Source: an uncultured Candidatus Micrarchaeota archaeon (lineage in GTDB: Archaea; Micrarchaeota; Micrarchaeia; Anstonellales; Bilamarchaeaceae). From it: 64,000 nucleotides of DNA. Each line of letters begins with the position of its first letter. Positions within the stretch are counted from its first letter, which is position 1. Location of the stretch: the NCBI GenBank assembly GCA_963723105.1, contig CAVRPK010000001.1, forward strand, positions 208,543 to 272,542, written 5' to 3'. The notes below the pieces were generated by a model that worked only from the letters and a program-made list of their open reading frames with translations, was not told the DNA's origin and ran no database searches. Made by a program: the position numbers and the translations under genes. Positions 27,122 to 37,655 of this stretch are shown here, in pieces.

Positions 27122-27281
27122 GTTTTACTGCATAGTAGCTACCAGGAACTTTTATGCCAATGATTTTTGCAATTTCAGAACGCTCTGGATCAACTACTAC
27201 AAGAAAAATGGAATATTTTCGAGATAAACCACTCTGACGTTTTACATATTCGTCTGAACTGATAATATCAAAGTCGCTCAT
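27114..27281 (-). CDS. spt4: Spt4/RpoE''-like protein lacking the zinc ribbon (55 aa)
   Basis: Hand-translated as MSDFDIISSDEYVKRQSGLSRKYSIFLVVVDPERSEIAKIIGIKVPGSYYAVKPR. The C-half matches the Spt4 pattern (..vii.dPekSeiAk.lgik.pG.YAikv). ATGA overlap with rpoE and AGGTGGA 5 nt upstream. This is the canonical position downstream of rpoE'. Confidence 0.55.
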   Translation of the reverse strand: MSDFDIISSDEYVKRQSGLSRKYSIFLVVVDPERSEIAKIIGIKVPGSYYAVKPR

Positions 27282-27856
27282 TTCTTTCCACCTTTTTTGC
27301 CCCTAATGGGCTTTTTTACAGGTTTTGCACCGATCCAATCATCCCGACCCAAACCATCTGGCCTCATTGTAAGACCGATTTTGGTATCTGAAGAAGTTGC
27401 TTTTAGACTAACAGTAGAAACCTTGACCAAAACGTCATCCCCTTTCTTTATTGCACGTTTGAGTGCTTTGGAACTGAGGGTTTTGGACTTCTTTTCATAA
27501 TAGAATTTTTCACGGTCAATTTGTGAAACATGCAACAGTCCCTGGAAAGGACCAATTGATGCAAATGCACCGAACTCTACAATCTCCTTGATTTCAGCCC
27601 GATAAACTTCGTTTACTGAAGGAAGAAACGCTAGTGCATCAAATTCAATTGTAAAATACGCTCCAGCATCTCCCGGAATAACTGCACCATCAGAAAGAAT
27701 TTTTGGATCGTCAATAGAAAGAACAATACCAAGATCTTTGTAAATACGCCCTTCATATCTCTCTCGCAAAATTTTCAGAATTGCATCCTCAAGAGCACTC
27801 CCAAAATAGGCAGGTGGCACTCTTATTCTATCGCTTATAGTTTTTACATAATACAT
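27278..27856 (-). CDS. rpoE: DNA-directed RNA polymerase subunit E' (Rpo7) with S1 domain
   Basis: MYYVKTISDRIRVPPAYFG... and S1 fold (EVYRAEIKEIVEFGAFASIGPFQGLLHVSQI). Start moved to ATG 27856 behind GGAGG. Confidence 0.85.
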   Translation of the reverse strand: MYYVKTISDRIRVPPAYFGSALEDAILKILRERYEGRIYKDLGIVLSIDDPKILSDGAVIPGDAGAYFTIEFDALAFLPSVNEVYRAEIKEIVEFGAFASIGPFQGLLHVSQIDREKFYYEKKSKTLSSKALKRAIKKGDDVLVKVSTVSLKATSSDTKIGLTMRPDGLGRDDWIGAKPVKKPIRGKKGGKK

Positions 27857-27953
27857 AAAATTTGCCTCCGTCATTCGCCTGAAGCATATTGCAGCAGGAG
27901 AGTCTAGTCCGAATTACAGACATACCAACTTTGACTAGGGCAATTTATAAAGC

Positions 27954-30293
27954 CTAACTCTTTTTCGCATCCTTCCTTCTTTTGTAAACTATGAAGAGCA
28001 CCACAGCAACAAGTAGAATCAGAAGGAAAAGCCAGGAGAAGTCATCAGTATCTTCTGCAGTTGGTTTTGTTTCATCTGGGACTTCGGGCTTTAGAAGAGA
28101 TAGTATAGATGCTTCTGCAGCAACTTCCCCATTCTCATCCATAAGAGCAAGCTTGTAGGTTCCCTTTATTGTAAGTGGAAGTGTAAAGTCTCCATTTGCA
28201 TCTGTTTTTCCAGTAATTACCTTTCCTGTTGGATCAGTGACAACAATATCGCAGAAAGCGCAGGATTGATTTCCTTCAGTAGCGTGGAAATTTCCATGGA
28301 AGCCAACGAATGCTTCCTTTGTACCATTAAGGTCACGTGAAACGCAGATATGATCCCTGCAAATGAAACCTTCTGGACAAGCGCAACCAGATTGATTGCT
28401 GCATTCATAAGGCTCTGAAACAATATGATTTGAGATAACACCGCATCCGATCACTGGTATGCAGCTTCCGCTTTGAGCACCAGTATCTCTATTGGAACAG
28501 TATTCAATATCAGAACATTGACTGTCAGTAACACAGCAGGATGGTGCAACACATTGCGGCTCTGGTTCAGGCTCAGGTTCGAGCTCTGGAGAGGGTTCTT
28601 CTTCGCACTCACTGCAGGCAACTGTGCTTGCTGTTAGGGTTTTGGAAACATAACCGCTCTTGCTTGCCCGGATTATTATTGAAGAATCACAATCAAAGTC
28701 AAATTCAACTTCTCCATTTGAGTCGGTTGTTCCGACAACATCGCCGTCAACTTTCACTTGGGCCCCGATTATATCATCGCCTTTGCTTGTAACTGTTATT
28801 GTATTGATATCGCAAGTACTGGTTAAAGAAACTGAAAGAGGATCGTCTGAACTTTCTGATGATTCGTCTGGAGTTGATGGCTGAACGGAATCATCCTGAA
28901 GTATGCTGAAGACACTGAAGTCAGATAAAGTGAAATTTGACAATGTATTTGCTGTAGTATCTGGAGTTTCATTTACAAGTTCCCAAACGCCAGCATATTT
29001 GTAGAGGACGAAATTGCCCTCATTGTATGTAGCTGATTCTGAATCAAGCCAGTGCCATACTAATTTGTCTATTACTGGTGAGCCGAAATACCTTGTAATG
29101 TTCAAGTGCTTGTTTTCAAAGGATGTGTGATCTGCTGGAAGAGCTGCTGGAAGTGCGCTCCAGGCCATATAGAATGATGAGTCAAGCTCAAGAGTTTCTA
29201 TTACTGAAAGATTTGTAAAGTCAATAAAGCCAGCTGCTGGATTATCAAAGATAACTTCAGTCATGGTAAAATCGAACGGATAAGTGAATGCAGATTCAGC
29301 ATACAAATCCCGTTCATTCCCATAAAGATGATCACTGGCAAGAGATGAAGTGTCTGAATCAAAGATATGAATTCCATCTCCATTGTCAAATACTGTGTTT
29401 GATGAAAGTGCAGAACCGGTGCTTTCAGTTAGCAGGATTCCAACATCGCTTCCATTTACTGCGTTATCATCAAGAACAGCATTCTGGCTCTGATCTACTA
29501 CAATTCCATAGGTTGGATTTGTACCCGCAGGAATCTGAGTAAATCGCACTGCATCGCTTGAGAGTGAGAAACTTGCCGAATTGCGGCCTGTTAGTGTGTA
29601 TCCTACAGTTCCATCCTGGTTTTCTATACCCTGAGTGTGAGACCCGCCATCAGAAGGACAGTTCTGGCAATGGACCTCTATGTTTCCTGATGTTTCGAAA
29701 AGTTTTATCTGGTAGTATGTAGGGTTGGTGGATGGGTAGTGCGGAACAGCATTAAACTCGACGACCAGTATCTGGTTCGGGGCAGTTCCTATTGTTTCAT
29801 AGCTGATTGTACCTCCTGAACTCGGATTGAGATCTTCCCAGAAACCTGCTACTAAACCGTCCGGAGATCCACCAGAAGGAAGGAAGTCTCCGGAACAGCA
29901 ACCATTTGACTGCCCTGAGAGGAAAGTGATGAATCCATTGCTGCTGATGTAGAATTGATTATAGTCAGTGCCAAAGAAGTTGAAATTGAAACCTATTGGA
30001 AGAGCTGAACTTACTTGATCATCGCCAAGACCAACTGCAGTTCCGCTGATTGTTGAATAACCGTAAGGTGCAGATGCAACAACATAGGTCGTTGGAAGCG
30101 AAGGCGCAACACCGCCTCCTGCTGCATGGCTTGACATTATATTTACATTGCTACTTTGGTTGAGCACAAAGTCACTATTTGATGAATTGAATGATGTCAC
30201 AGAAGAAATGGTTGAATCATCCGAGTCCATATTATAGACACCAAATGAATAGCCGGAGATTGATGGGCAGTTCTGCAAAGTAACATTGTGTGA
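27954..30293 (-). CDS. giant surface protein, C-terminal portion (after frameshift)
   Basis: Continues the beta-helix unit begun in 30295-33186 (SHNVTLQNCPSISGYSFGV). Contains an FNFNFFGTDYNQFYISSNGFITF domain, a (PE)n linker, a Cys-rich knot, the module GKTDANGDFTLPL...DENGEVAAEA and a TM anchor with KRRK tail. Confidence 0.6.
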   Translation of the reverse strand, partial: SHNVTLQNCPSISGYSFGVYNMDSDDSTISSVTSFNSSNSDFVLNQSSNVNIMSSHAAGGGVAPSLPTTYVVASAPYGYSTISGTAVGLGDDQVSSALPIGFNFNFFGTDYNQFYISSNGFITFLSGQSNGCCSGDFLPSGGSPDGLVAGFWEDLNPSSGGTISYETIGTAPNQILVVEFNAVPHYPSTNPTYYQIKLFETSGNIEVHCQNCPSDGGSHTQGIENQDGTVGYTLTGRNSASFSLSSDAVRFTQIPAGTNPTYGIVVDQSQNAVLDDNAVNGSDVGILLTESTGSALSSNTVFDNGDGIHIFDSDTSSLASDHLYGNERDLYAESAFTYPFDFTMTEVIFDNPAAGFIDFTNLSVIETLELDSSFYMAWSALPAALPADHTSFENKHLNITRYFGSPVIDKLVWHWLDSESATYNEGNFVLYKYAGVWELVNETPDTTANTLSNFTLSDFSVFSILQDDSVQPSTPDESSESSDDPLSVSLTSTCDINTITVTSKGDDIIGAQVKVDGDVVGTTDSNGEVEFDFDCDSSIIIRASKSGYVSKTLTASTVACSECEEEPSPELEPEPEPEPQCVAPSCCVTDSQCSDIEYCSNRDTGAQSGSCIPVIGCGVISNHIVSEPYECSNQSGCACPEGFICRDHICVSRDLNGTKEAFVGFHGNFHATEGNQSCAFCDIVVTDPTGKVITGKTDANGDFTLPLTIKGTYKLALMDENGEVAAEASILSLLKPEVPDETKPTAEDTDDFSWLFLLILLVAVVLFIVYKRRKDAKKS

Positions 30294-30294
30294 T

Positions 30295-33186
30295 CGAACC
30301 ATTGAGCACAACTCCCATGGTTGGATCTGTTGTCCCGTCATTTGTTATGCTATATCCATTGCAGTCAAAGACAACATCTGATGATGCAATCTTTACACAT
30401 GCAAATGCTGAAGGAAGAACTTCAGTTGCATCGTTTGGAGCGCCAGTGTAATCAAATGGCTGGAGATAATTTCCAGAAGTTGTTATTATTGGACAGTTGA
30501 CAGGAGCATTCATTGTGAATGTCCATACATCACTTGCATCAGTGAAGTTTCCGTCACTACAGTTGACTTGCCATGTATGCGGACCATTGGCAATGTTTGA
30601 TATTGGAAATGGTGTAAGCGTTCCGTTCTGTACTGTGGCATTTGTCTGGTTGAGGAGACTGTCCAGATAAATAGAACAATCCAAAGTTGTCTGCTCATAA
30701 TCAGTCCCAGTGAAATTGAATATTACTGTACTTGATGTCAGCGTGCTTCCGTTTGCAGGAAGATTAAGCTGTACATCTGGAGGGTTGTTCACAACACCGC
30801 CACCTTGCAAAATACCAAATGAACTGAGTGGAGATGCAGATAATAGGCTAAGTGTGTTTGCACCAGTATCCAGGCTTGCATTCATATCAGTCCAGGTTGA
30901 ATTATATTTGAAAATATCAAATAAAGATTCATCATATCCACTGAGTTCTGAATCGAGCCAGTACCAAATTGCAGTGTCTATGGACGGAGTTCCAGATAAG
31001 GCTTCGATTTTAACAAATTTGCCATGAAGCGATTGATATGGAGCGCCAGATGGCTGATCAGACCAGTTGATATAATAGGTTTCACCTGAAGCCATGCTGT
31101 CATTCATGGAAAATGTACTGAGATTGGTTCCTCCTTGACTAAAGTTGACCATTGTCAGGTTGAGTAGCATTGACCCAAGAGTTGATGAGGCTACTATTGA
31201 ACGATTTGATTCGTTGAAAAGTTCTTCCTGAATTATGGTATCATTTGAACTGTTGAGAAGATAGTCTGCAAGTGCAACGTTTGTTTTTATGTTACCTATG
31301 AAATTGTTGCTCGATGCATTCCAGGCAGATACTGCATAATCGACATCATCTATGTTGTTGGTTCTGAAGGTGCTCCTTGTAGTTCTATATGGAAGGTCCA
31401 AAAGATAGAATCCGACAGTTGAAGAATAGAGGCGATTGTCCTGCATTGTGTTCTGGTAGCTTTGATTTAGGATGAAAAGCGGACTTGTGTTTGAAGTAAC
31501 ATTATTCCTCTGGATACTGGCATAGCGCACATATTCCATAGTAATTCCATGGAGGCTATTTGCATAGATATTATTGTCAAACAGGTAGATGCCGGAAATC
31601 AGTGAAGGAGCAACTCCTTCTGCACCTATTCCGGTCCCATTGTTGCCATATATCTGATTCTGCTGAATAGTATTTCCATAGCCCCTTTCAGTGAAAATAC
31701 CATGGCCATTGTTTGAGTATATTGTATTGTTTGTTATCTGGCTTGTCTGAAGATTAGAGCCATATATGCCACTCAAACCATTGTCGTGGTATGTGCTGTG
31801 GCGATATTGGCTGCTCTGAGGGCCAGTAAGATATGTCCCATACTCAGTGTTGTTGTATGATTTCGAATTGTCAATCCTTGATGAGCCACCTGACATATAG
31901 AATCCGGACATGTTATTGTCAAAGGCTGTTGCGTTGTTGAACCTTGAGCTGGTCGCGTGAGAGGAGTGGTATCCATGCTCGGAATTGTTGTATGAGGTTA
32001 CGTTGGTGAAATACGTTGAAGTGCTGGGAGAAGTGATATACACACCAGACTGGCCATTGTTGTATGTTACAGAATCAAATAACTGGTTAATGCTCGAGCT
32101 GCCAATAACAGCGAAACCATAATTGGAATTGTTAACTGAAGTACTATTCCAGAAATTGTTGCGTGTAGCACTGCTAAGGTCGAAACCAATAGAACAGTTG
32201 GCTGCAGAATTGTTGTAGAAATTACTTCGGGCATCGGAAATGAAGAAACCATTACTGGTTTGAGACATGTTTCTCACTGTGTTATTCACTACATATGAAT
32301 AGGCCCCAGTAATCCCAAAACCTATTTGAAGCCCATCCTCAACAACGTTGTTGGTCACATTATTATACCAAGAATTTCTAGAAGGATCAGTAATCAGAAT
32401 TGCATAGCTAGTTAGACCACCGCGAAACGTGTTGTTATTAATCAGGTTGTAGTTGCATCCATTATTAAGTTCTACACAAAGTTCGCAGCGGTTGGTTATG
32501 TTGTGGTTCAGAATAACAGAATAATTGGTATCCTCTAAGTAAATTCCGCTCACCGCAGTACTTGTAGGGTTTCGCCACACATTATCGCTGATGTTGATAT
32601 TGGACGAGGATCTCACCTCAGCAATGGATGAATAGTTGAAGTAATTGTTTACAACTTTGGTGTTGGTGCTTTCGGTTATTATAGCCCCCCTTCCTTTCGC
32701 AGTTCCCGTAGCTGTTACTGTGTTATTATAGATGCTAATATTATCCCCATAAACCGATACAAATGCGCGGTACCCAGTACTACTGTATTTGTTAATCGCA
32801 GTGACGTTGTGAATTGAACCATTTGTAACATTCCAATAAGCGACCCCATACGAGTAACCGACCAGATTAGGACAGTTCTTCACTGTGATGTTGCTGAGAT
32901 GCTCTGCGCTTGAGCCCATGGCAAGTATTCCGATTTCTTCTATTGCAGGTCCCCGGTCTATCCCATAGCCGTTGCAGTCGATAGTAACATCGGATGTGGA
33001 AATCCTAATGCATGACTCCCAGTGTGCTGGATATATTGGCAAGCAGCTCTGGTTCGCAGCTACGAGATTTGTAGTCAGATAATAGTCATCTGAGGTTGTG
33101 ATGTTCATACATCCTGAAATCGGAGTTGCTGAAAACGATAAACCTGCCAAAAGCACAAATAAAAAAATTATGTGATAATATTTCAT
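30295..33186 (-). CDS. giant surface protein, N-terminal portion (signal peptide plus right-handed parallel beta-helix repeats)
   Basis: Signal MKYYHIIFLFVLLAGLSFSA. Many ~22-aa N/G/S-rich repeats typical of PbH1/NosD-like beta-helices. It ends inside a second copy of the ...DCNGYSIT... unit, where the frame breaks. Confidence 0.6.
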
Positions 33187-33324
33187 GCCAAAATATCAGA
33201 GGTAACAATAAAAGGGCTTGTGGCTGTGGGAGTGATAGCTAAGGTCTGTGATTACAGAAAATTTTGAAAAAGCTTTAATAGTTTTATACTATTTAATATT
33301 TGTTAAATAGTTTATGGTGAATAA

Positions 33325-34404
33325 ATGGGAAAAATCAAATGTGCTGTCGTCGGAGTAGGGAATTGTTTTGCCGGGCTTGTTCAGGGAATTGAATACTACA
33401 AGAAGAATCCTGAGCAACAAGTTATAGGAGTTATGAGCCCAGAAGTCGGCGGATACTCCATACATGATTTGGATTTTGCTGCTGGTTTTGATGTTGACTC
33501 AAAAAAGGTTGGAAAATCTCTCAGTGAAGCTGTTTATGCAGAGCCTAACAAGGTTAAATGGGTAGAATCACTCTCAACTATGAATGATGTGATGGTTTTG
33601 CAGTCACCACAGCTTGATGGGGTCGGCAGCTATGTAGAGAAAGTTGTCACACCAGTTCCGGAAAAGCCTATTGAAGAACTAAAAGAAGCGATTGTAAGGG
33701 AACTGAAAGAAAAGAATGTTGAAATTCTTGTTTCATATCTTCCGGTTGGCTCTGACAATGCAACGAAATTCTGGGCGCAGGTTTGCCTTGATGCAAATGT
33801 TGCATTTGTCAATTGCATGCCATCTTTTATTGCATCAGTACCTGAATGGGCAAAGAAATTTGAGGATGCCGGACTTCCGATTATTGGTGATGATATCAAA
33901 GGCCAGGTTGGAGCAACAATTGTCCATCGGACTATGGCAAAATTAGCAGATAGAAGAGGAACAAAAATAGAAAAAACATACCAGATCAATGTTGGCGGAA
34001 ATACGGACTTTCTTTGTATGAAAGAACAAGACCGGCTAACATCAAAAAGGATATCAAAAACAGAATCAGTTCAATCACAGCTAAACCAGAGATTGCCTGA
34101 TGATCAGATTTATGTTGGACCATCAGATTTCATACCATTTCTTGGCAATACAAAGCTGATGTTCATGCGCATCGAGGGCAAGATGTGGGCAAATGTTCCA
34201 TATAATATGGAAGTTCGGCTTGAAGTAGATGACAAAGCCAATTCTGCTGGAATCGTAATAGATGCAATTCGTTACTGCAAAATTGCCCTAGATAAAAAAA
34301 TAGCAGGCCCATTGATTGGGCCTAGTGCATGGCTGATGAAGCACCCGCCAAAGCAGTTCAGTGATGATGAGGCTCAGCGCATGGCAAAAGAATTTGCCGA
34401 ATAA
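33325..34404 (+). CDS. ino1: myo-inositol-1-phosphate synthase
   Basis: VVGVGNCFAGLVQGIEYYK, LVSYLPVGSDNATKFWAQ, VAFVNCMPSFIAS, PIIGDDIKGQVGATIVHR, NVGGNTDFL, SKRISKT. Near-colinear with actinobacterial/archaeal Ino1. Confidence 0.9.
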   Translation: MGKIKCAVVGVGNCFAGLVQGIEYYKKNPEQQVIGVMSPEVGGYSIHDLDFAAGFDVDSKKVGKSLSEAVYAEPNKVKWVESLSTMNDVMVLQSPQLDGVGSYVEKVVTPVPEKPIEELKEAIVRELKEKNVEILVSYLPVGSDNATKFWAQVCLDANVAFVNCMPSFIASVPEWAKKFEDAGLPIIGDDIKGQVGATIVHRTMAKLADRRGTKIEKTYQINVGGNTDFLCMKEQDRLTSKRISKTESVQSQLNQRLPDDQIYVGPSDFIPFLGNTKLMFMRIEGKMWANVPYNMEVRLEVDDKANSAGIVIDAIRYCKIALDKKIAGPLIGPSAWLMKHPPKQFSDDEAQRMAKEFAE

Positions 34405-34412
34405 TTTTTTCC

Positions 34413-37400
34413 TCATTTTTTATTTCTTTGAGAAAAGTAAACTATTCCTGCAAGCAATATTCCTAGTAGTGCAATCAGGAATAATGTTGACATGCCTTCA
34501 TCTTCTTCTACATTTGGTTTTGTTTCGACTTGCACAGCAGGCTTTGGAAGAGATTGGATGATTGCCTCTGCAGCTACTTCTCCGTTCTCATCTACAAGAA
34601 CAATCTTGTATGGACCTTCAAGACTAAGAGGCAAACTAAATTCCCCTTCCTCATCTGTTTTTCCAGTAAATGTTTTGCCATCTGGAGCAGTCACTTGTAT
34701 ATCACAAAGAGGACATGGTTCATTGCCTATTTTTACTTTCACCTTTTTGGAGTCGCCAACGAATCCATCTTCTCCTGAAACATCGTTTTTCTCACATGAG
34801 TAATCAACACATGTGTAACCTGTTGAACATGAATCACAATTTGCATCTGGACCGCATTCTCCAGGACATTCTGGCAAATCATCTTCATCTTCTGGCTCTG
34901 GTTGTGGTTCAGCTCCAGGTTCGGGCTCAGGTTCCGGCTCTGGTTCAGGTTCCGGCTCAGGCTCTGGCTCAGGTTCTCCATCCTCGCAGCATGAGATACT
35001 CTTTGAAAGTGAAACAGGAGAATAGTCATTCTTGTTCACGTATATTTTGACAGTGAGGCCACATTCATCAAATGTGAATTCTCCGTCTCCATCGGTTGTT
35101 CCAACTGAAAGTGATGTGAGAGATTGTGCATCTGATACCAGTACGCTGGCGCCACTCAGAGGCTCACCACCATCACTAACAGTAACAATTGCACCATCGC
35201 ATTCGGATTTGACTGATGCCGAAAACTTCTCTGCTCCACCTTCATCAGACTCATCAATAGGAACAGGAACTGCAAACAATCCATAGATTCCCTCATAAAG
35301 GTCAAAGTCTGGGAGGGTTGGGAACATATTCCGAAGGAACTGATTCTCTGGAGGTGGAAGACCATCAACATAAATCAAATTAGGCTCAAGTACCTGGCCT
35401 TCAACTGGAACCCAGTCAGCTACGATAGTAATGTTAGTCGGTTCAACAGACTTTGGACGGAATATTTCAGTTACATTAAGGTAATACAATCCCATTGTAG
35501 CAGGATCATATCCAAGAACTTCTGAATCTTTCCAAGATACAGCAAACTGTTCTATCGAAGGAGGCTTTTGATCGGCCATCATCATGATAACAAAATGCTT
35601 GTTTTTCACCGAAGATTTGTTCTCAGGTTTTGTGAGGTTGAAAAACAAAGTTCGGTTGTATATGCCATCAAAGTACTCAATACTATCAGTTGATCCAAGT
35701 ATTGTCTCGCTGGTTATGTAGATTGCCTCAGCATCATCTATAAGGGATAGTTCAACTGAAGGAGCTCCTTTTCCATGGCGTGCTTTTTCAAGTTGCCAGG
35801 TTAAGATTGGGACTTCCCCTCCGAACATACCCCCAAGCATGTAGTTTGCCTCAAACACCTCTGCCCAAAGGAGTCCTTCCGGAAATTCAGGCATTTGCAG
35901 CTCTTCGATTTCCTCACCGCCAAATGATGAGGACATGAATTGCATTACGTCTTTTCCATTGCTATAAAGATCAGTATTAACTACATTCATTCCAGGCATT
36001 CCACCAGACATATCCATTATTCCAAAGAGGCGGTTGTCATATATTTTGGAGTTGTTGATTGTCACATTTGGAGTAAGGAGTAATATAAAGCCAAGATCGT
36101 TGTCATAGAATTGTGAGTCATTGTAATAGGTAAACTCGAGCAATGTGGATGCCCCCAAATCCCTGCCCCCTCCAAATGGAAGGGCACTTATCTCAATAAC
36201 ACCTGCTCCAAGAGGAAGCATACCAAGGAAACCGGCTTCTCCGCCAAAGAGATCTGGAACTAAACCGCTATTGCCACGAGCAATGTGCTGATTAACGAAA
36301 ATAGTTCTTGATAGCGTGAAGAAAAGACCTGCTATGGCATTCTCATTTGTATCAGTGTTGTTGATAAGAATAATCTCAGAACCATAGAGCCAAACCCCCA
36401 TTGCATTGTTGTTTGATTGTGAATTGTTAATTACAGCATTATCAGTAAAGAAGAGTGCAAGAGCATTATTGTCAAAGGTATCAGAACCATCAACAGTTAC
36501 CCCATCAAGGACAGAATTATCAGCATTACAAAGTATGATTTCTGAATAGATGCCACCGACCAAGTTGACCGGATCCTCAGAATAAAGGATTGGTCTTCCA
36601 CCAGAGCCTGTATTGTTCTCAATAGTATTGCTGCATCCAGAAATGTCAAATTCAAGTGTTCTTGGGTCCCCTGCTACAAGAAGATCAGCATATTCATTCT
36701 CCTCGATCAGATTATCAATGACAACATTAGAATCAGAAAACCGGTCAAGGTTAAGACCAAGATAATTGTGATAAATGTGATTGTTGCTCAGATTATTTTC
36801 TCCGTCAGAAAGGTAGATTCCGTTGCTGTTGTTTTGTGCAGTATTATTGATGAGCAGATTACGAACCGAATGGATATCAAAACCGGCAGTATAAATATTG
36901 CTAAGACTGTTGTTCCTTGCAGTATTTCCGAGGAATCTATTATCAGGAGCTGTGCTATCAACAAAAAATCCAGATCCGCCGTTTTCTGCTGCTGTATTGT
37001 TTATGAAAAGATTATCAGTTGCATAATCAATATGAAAACCGTGTTTTCCAACGCCAAGAACAGTGTTGTTCAACAAAGTATTGTTACTGCTAGTTAGAGA
37101 TGCAGATTCTCCACGAAGATTGAGACCCGAGGATCCAGTGCTGCTCACGAAGTTGTTGCTTATTAATGAGTTAGAGACCATGAGAAAATCAAGTGTTGGA
37201 TCGGCTGTGTTTCCGTCTACAATAGCTCCATCTACGCGATAGACGACCATATCAACATCTGTACTGTTGAGAGTGTTATTGAGAATATTCAAGCCAGTGA
37301 GATTACCTGACTGGGTACCTTGCATGCTAATAGCATATGCGAAGCCGTTTATCTCACAGTTCTTGACAGTGACGTTGTCCAAAGCCTGAAAGGTATAGAC

Positions 37401-37655
37401 ACCAACTGGCGTTCCATTTGTAGAAGTTATTGAATGTCCCTGACAGTCAAGCACAACATTGGATGTGTTTATCCAATAGCAGCCATTCTCCCCGTTGTCA
37501 AGAGCAATGAGACCATCAACAAGATCTGTTGTCAAAGTATATTGCCCAGGATTCACGATTTGAAGACAATACGAGATATCCCCAGGAGGAACGGACGCAG
37601 CAAAAGAAAATCCACTCAATAACATCAGTAAAACTAAAGCCGAAAAAACCTTCAT
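34413..37655 (-). CDS. large surface protein with parallel beta-helix repeats, (PE)n linker, Cys-rich knot and C-terminal TM anchor
   Basis: Start ATG 37655 (MKVFSALVLLMLLSGFSFA). The N-terminal LDCQGHSIT unit and NN-rich repeats are paralogous to 30295-33186. The C-terminal module GKTDEEGEFSLPL...DENGEVAAEA plus TM anchor is paralogous to 27954-30293. Confidence 0.7.
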   Translation of the reverse strand: MKVFSALVLLMLLSGFSFAASVPPGDISYCLQIVNPGQYTLTTDLVDGLIALDNGENGCYWINTSNVVLDCQGHSITSTNGTPVGVYTFQALDNVTVKNCEINGFAYAISMQGTQSGNLTGLNILNNTLNSTDVDMVVYRVDGAIVDGNTADPTLDFLMVSNSLISNNFVSSTGSSGLNLRGESASLTSSNNTLLNNTVLGVGKHGFHIDYATDNLFINNTAAENGGSGFFVDSTAPDNRFLGNTARNNSLSNIYTAGFDIHSVRNLLINNTAQNNSNGIYLSDGENNLSNNHIYHNYLGLNLDRFSDSNVVIDNLIEENEYADLLVAGDPRTLEFDISGCSNTIENNTGSGGRPILYSEDPVNLVGGIYSEIILCNADNSVLDGVTVDGSDTFDNNALALFFTDNAVINNSQSNNNAMGVWLYGSEIILINNTDTNENAIAGLFFTLSRTIFVNQHIARGNSGLVPDLFGGEAGFLGMLPLGAGVIEISALPFGGGRDLGASTLLEFTYYNDSQFYDNDLGFILLLTPNVTINNSKIYDNRLFGIMDMSGGMPGMNVVNTDLYSNGKDVMQFMSSSFGGEEIEELQMPEFPEGLLWAEVFEANYMLGGMFGGEVPILTWQLEKARHGKGAPSVELSLIDDAEAIYITSETILGSTDSIEYFDGIYNRTLFFNLTKPENKSSVKNKHFVIMMMADQKPPSIEQFAVSWKDSEVLGYDPATMGLYYLNVTEIFRPKSVEPTNITIVADWVPVEGQVLEPNLIYVDGLPPPENQFLRNMFPTLPDFDLYEGIYGLFAVPVPIDESDEGGAEKFSASVKSECDGAIVTVSDGGEPLSGASVLVSDAQSLTSLSVGTTDGDGEFTFDECGLTVKIYVNKNDYSPVSLSKSISCCEDGEPEPEPEPEPEPEPEPEPEPGAEPQPEPEDEDDLPECPGECGPDANCDSCSTGYTCVDYSCEKNDVSGEDGFVGDSKKVKVKIGNEPCPLCDIQVTAPDGKTFTGKTDEEGEFSLPLSLEGPYKIVLVDENGEVAAEAIIQSLPKPAVQVETKPNVEEDEGMSTLFLIALLGILLAGIVYFSQRNKK

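Noticed and set aside
30232-30341. Programmed ribosomal frameshift to explain the 110-nt ORF overlap in the giant surface gene
   Set aside because: There is no slippery heptamer or homopolymer at the inferred break (ggttcgatcacac) and no obvious downstream structure. A mutation, population variant or assembly error is the simpler explanation.
34890-34985. Short-period GAACC/GAGCC tandem repeats (also about 28556-28610) that could be taken for a microsatellite or mini-CRISPR
   Set aside because: The period is 6 nt and in frame, encoding (Pro-Glu)n linkers inside surface-protein genes. There is no repeat-spacer architecture.
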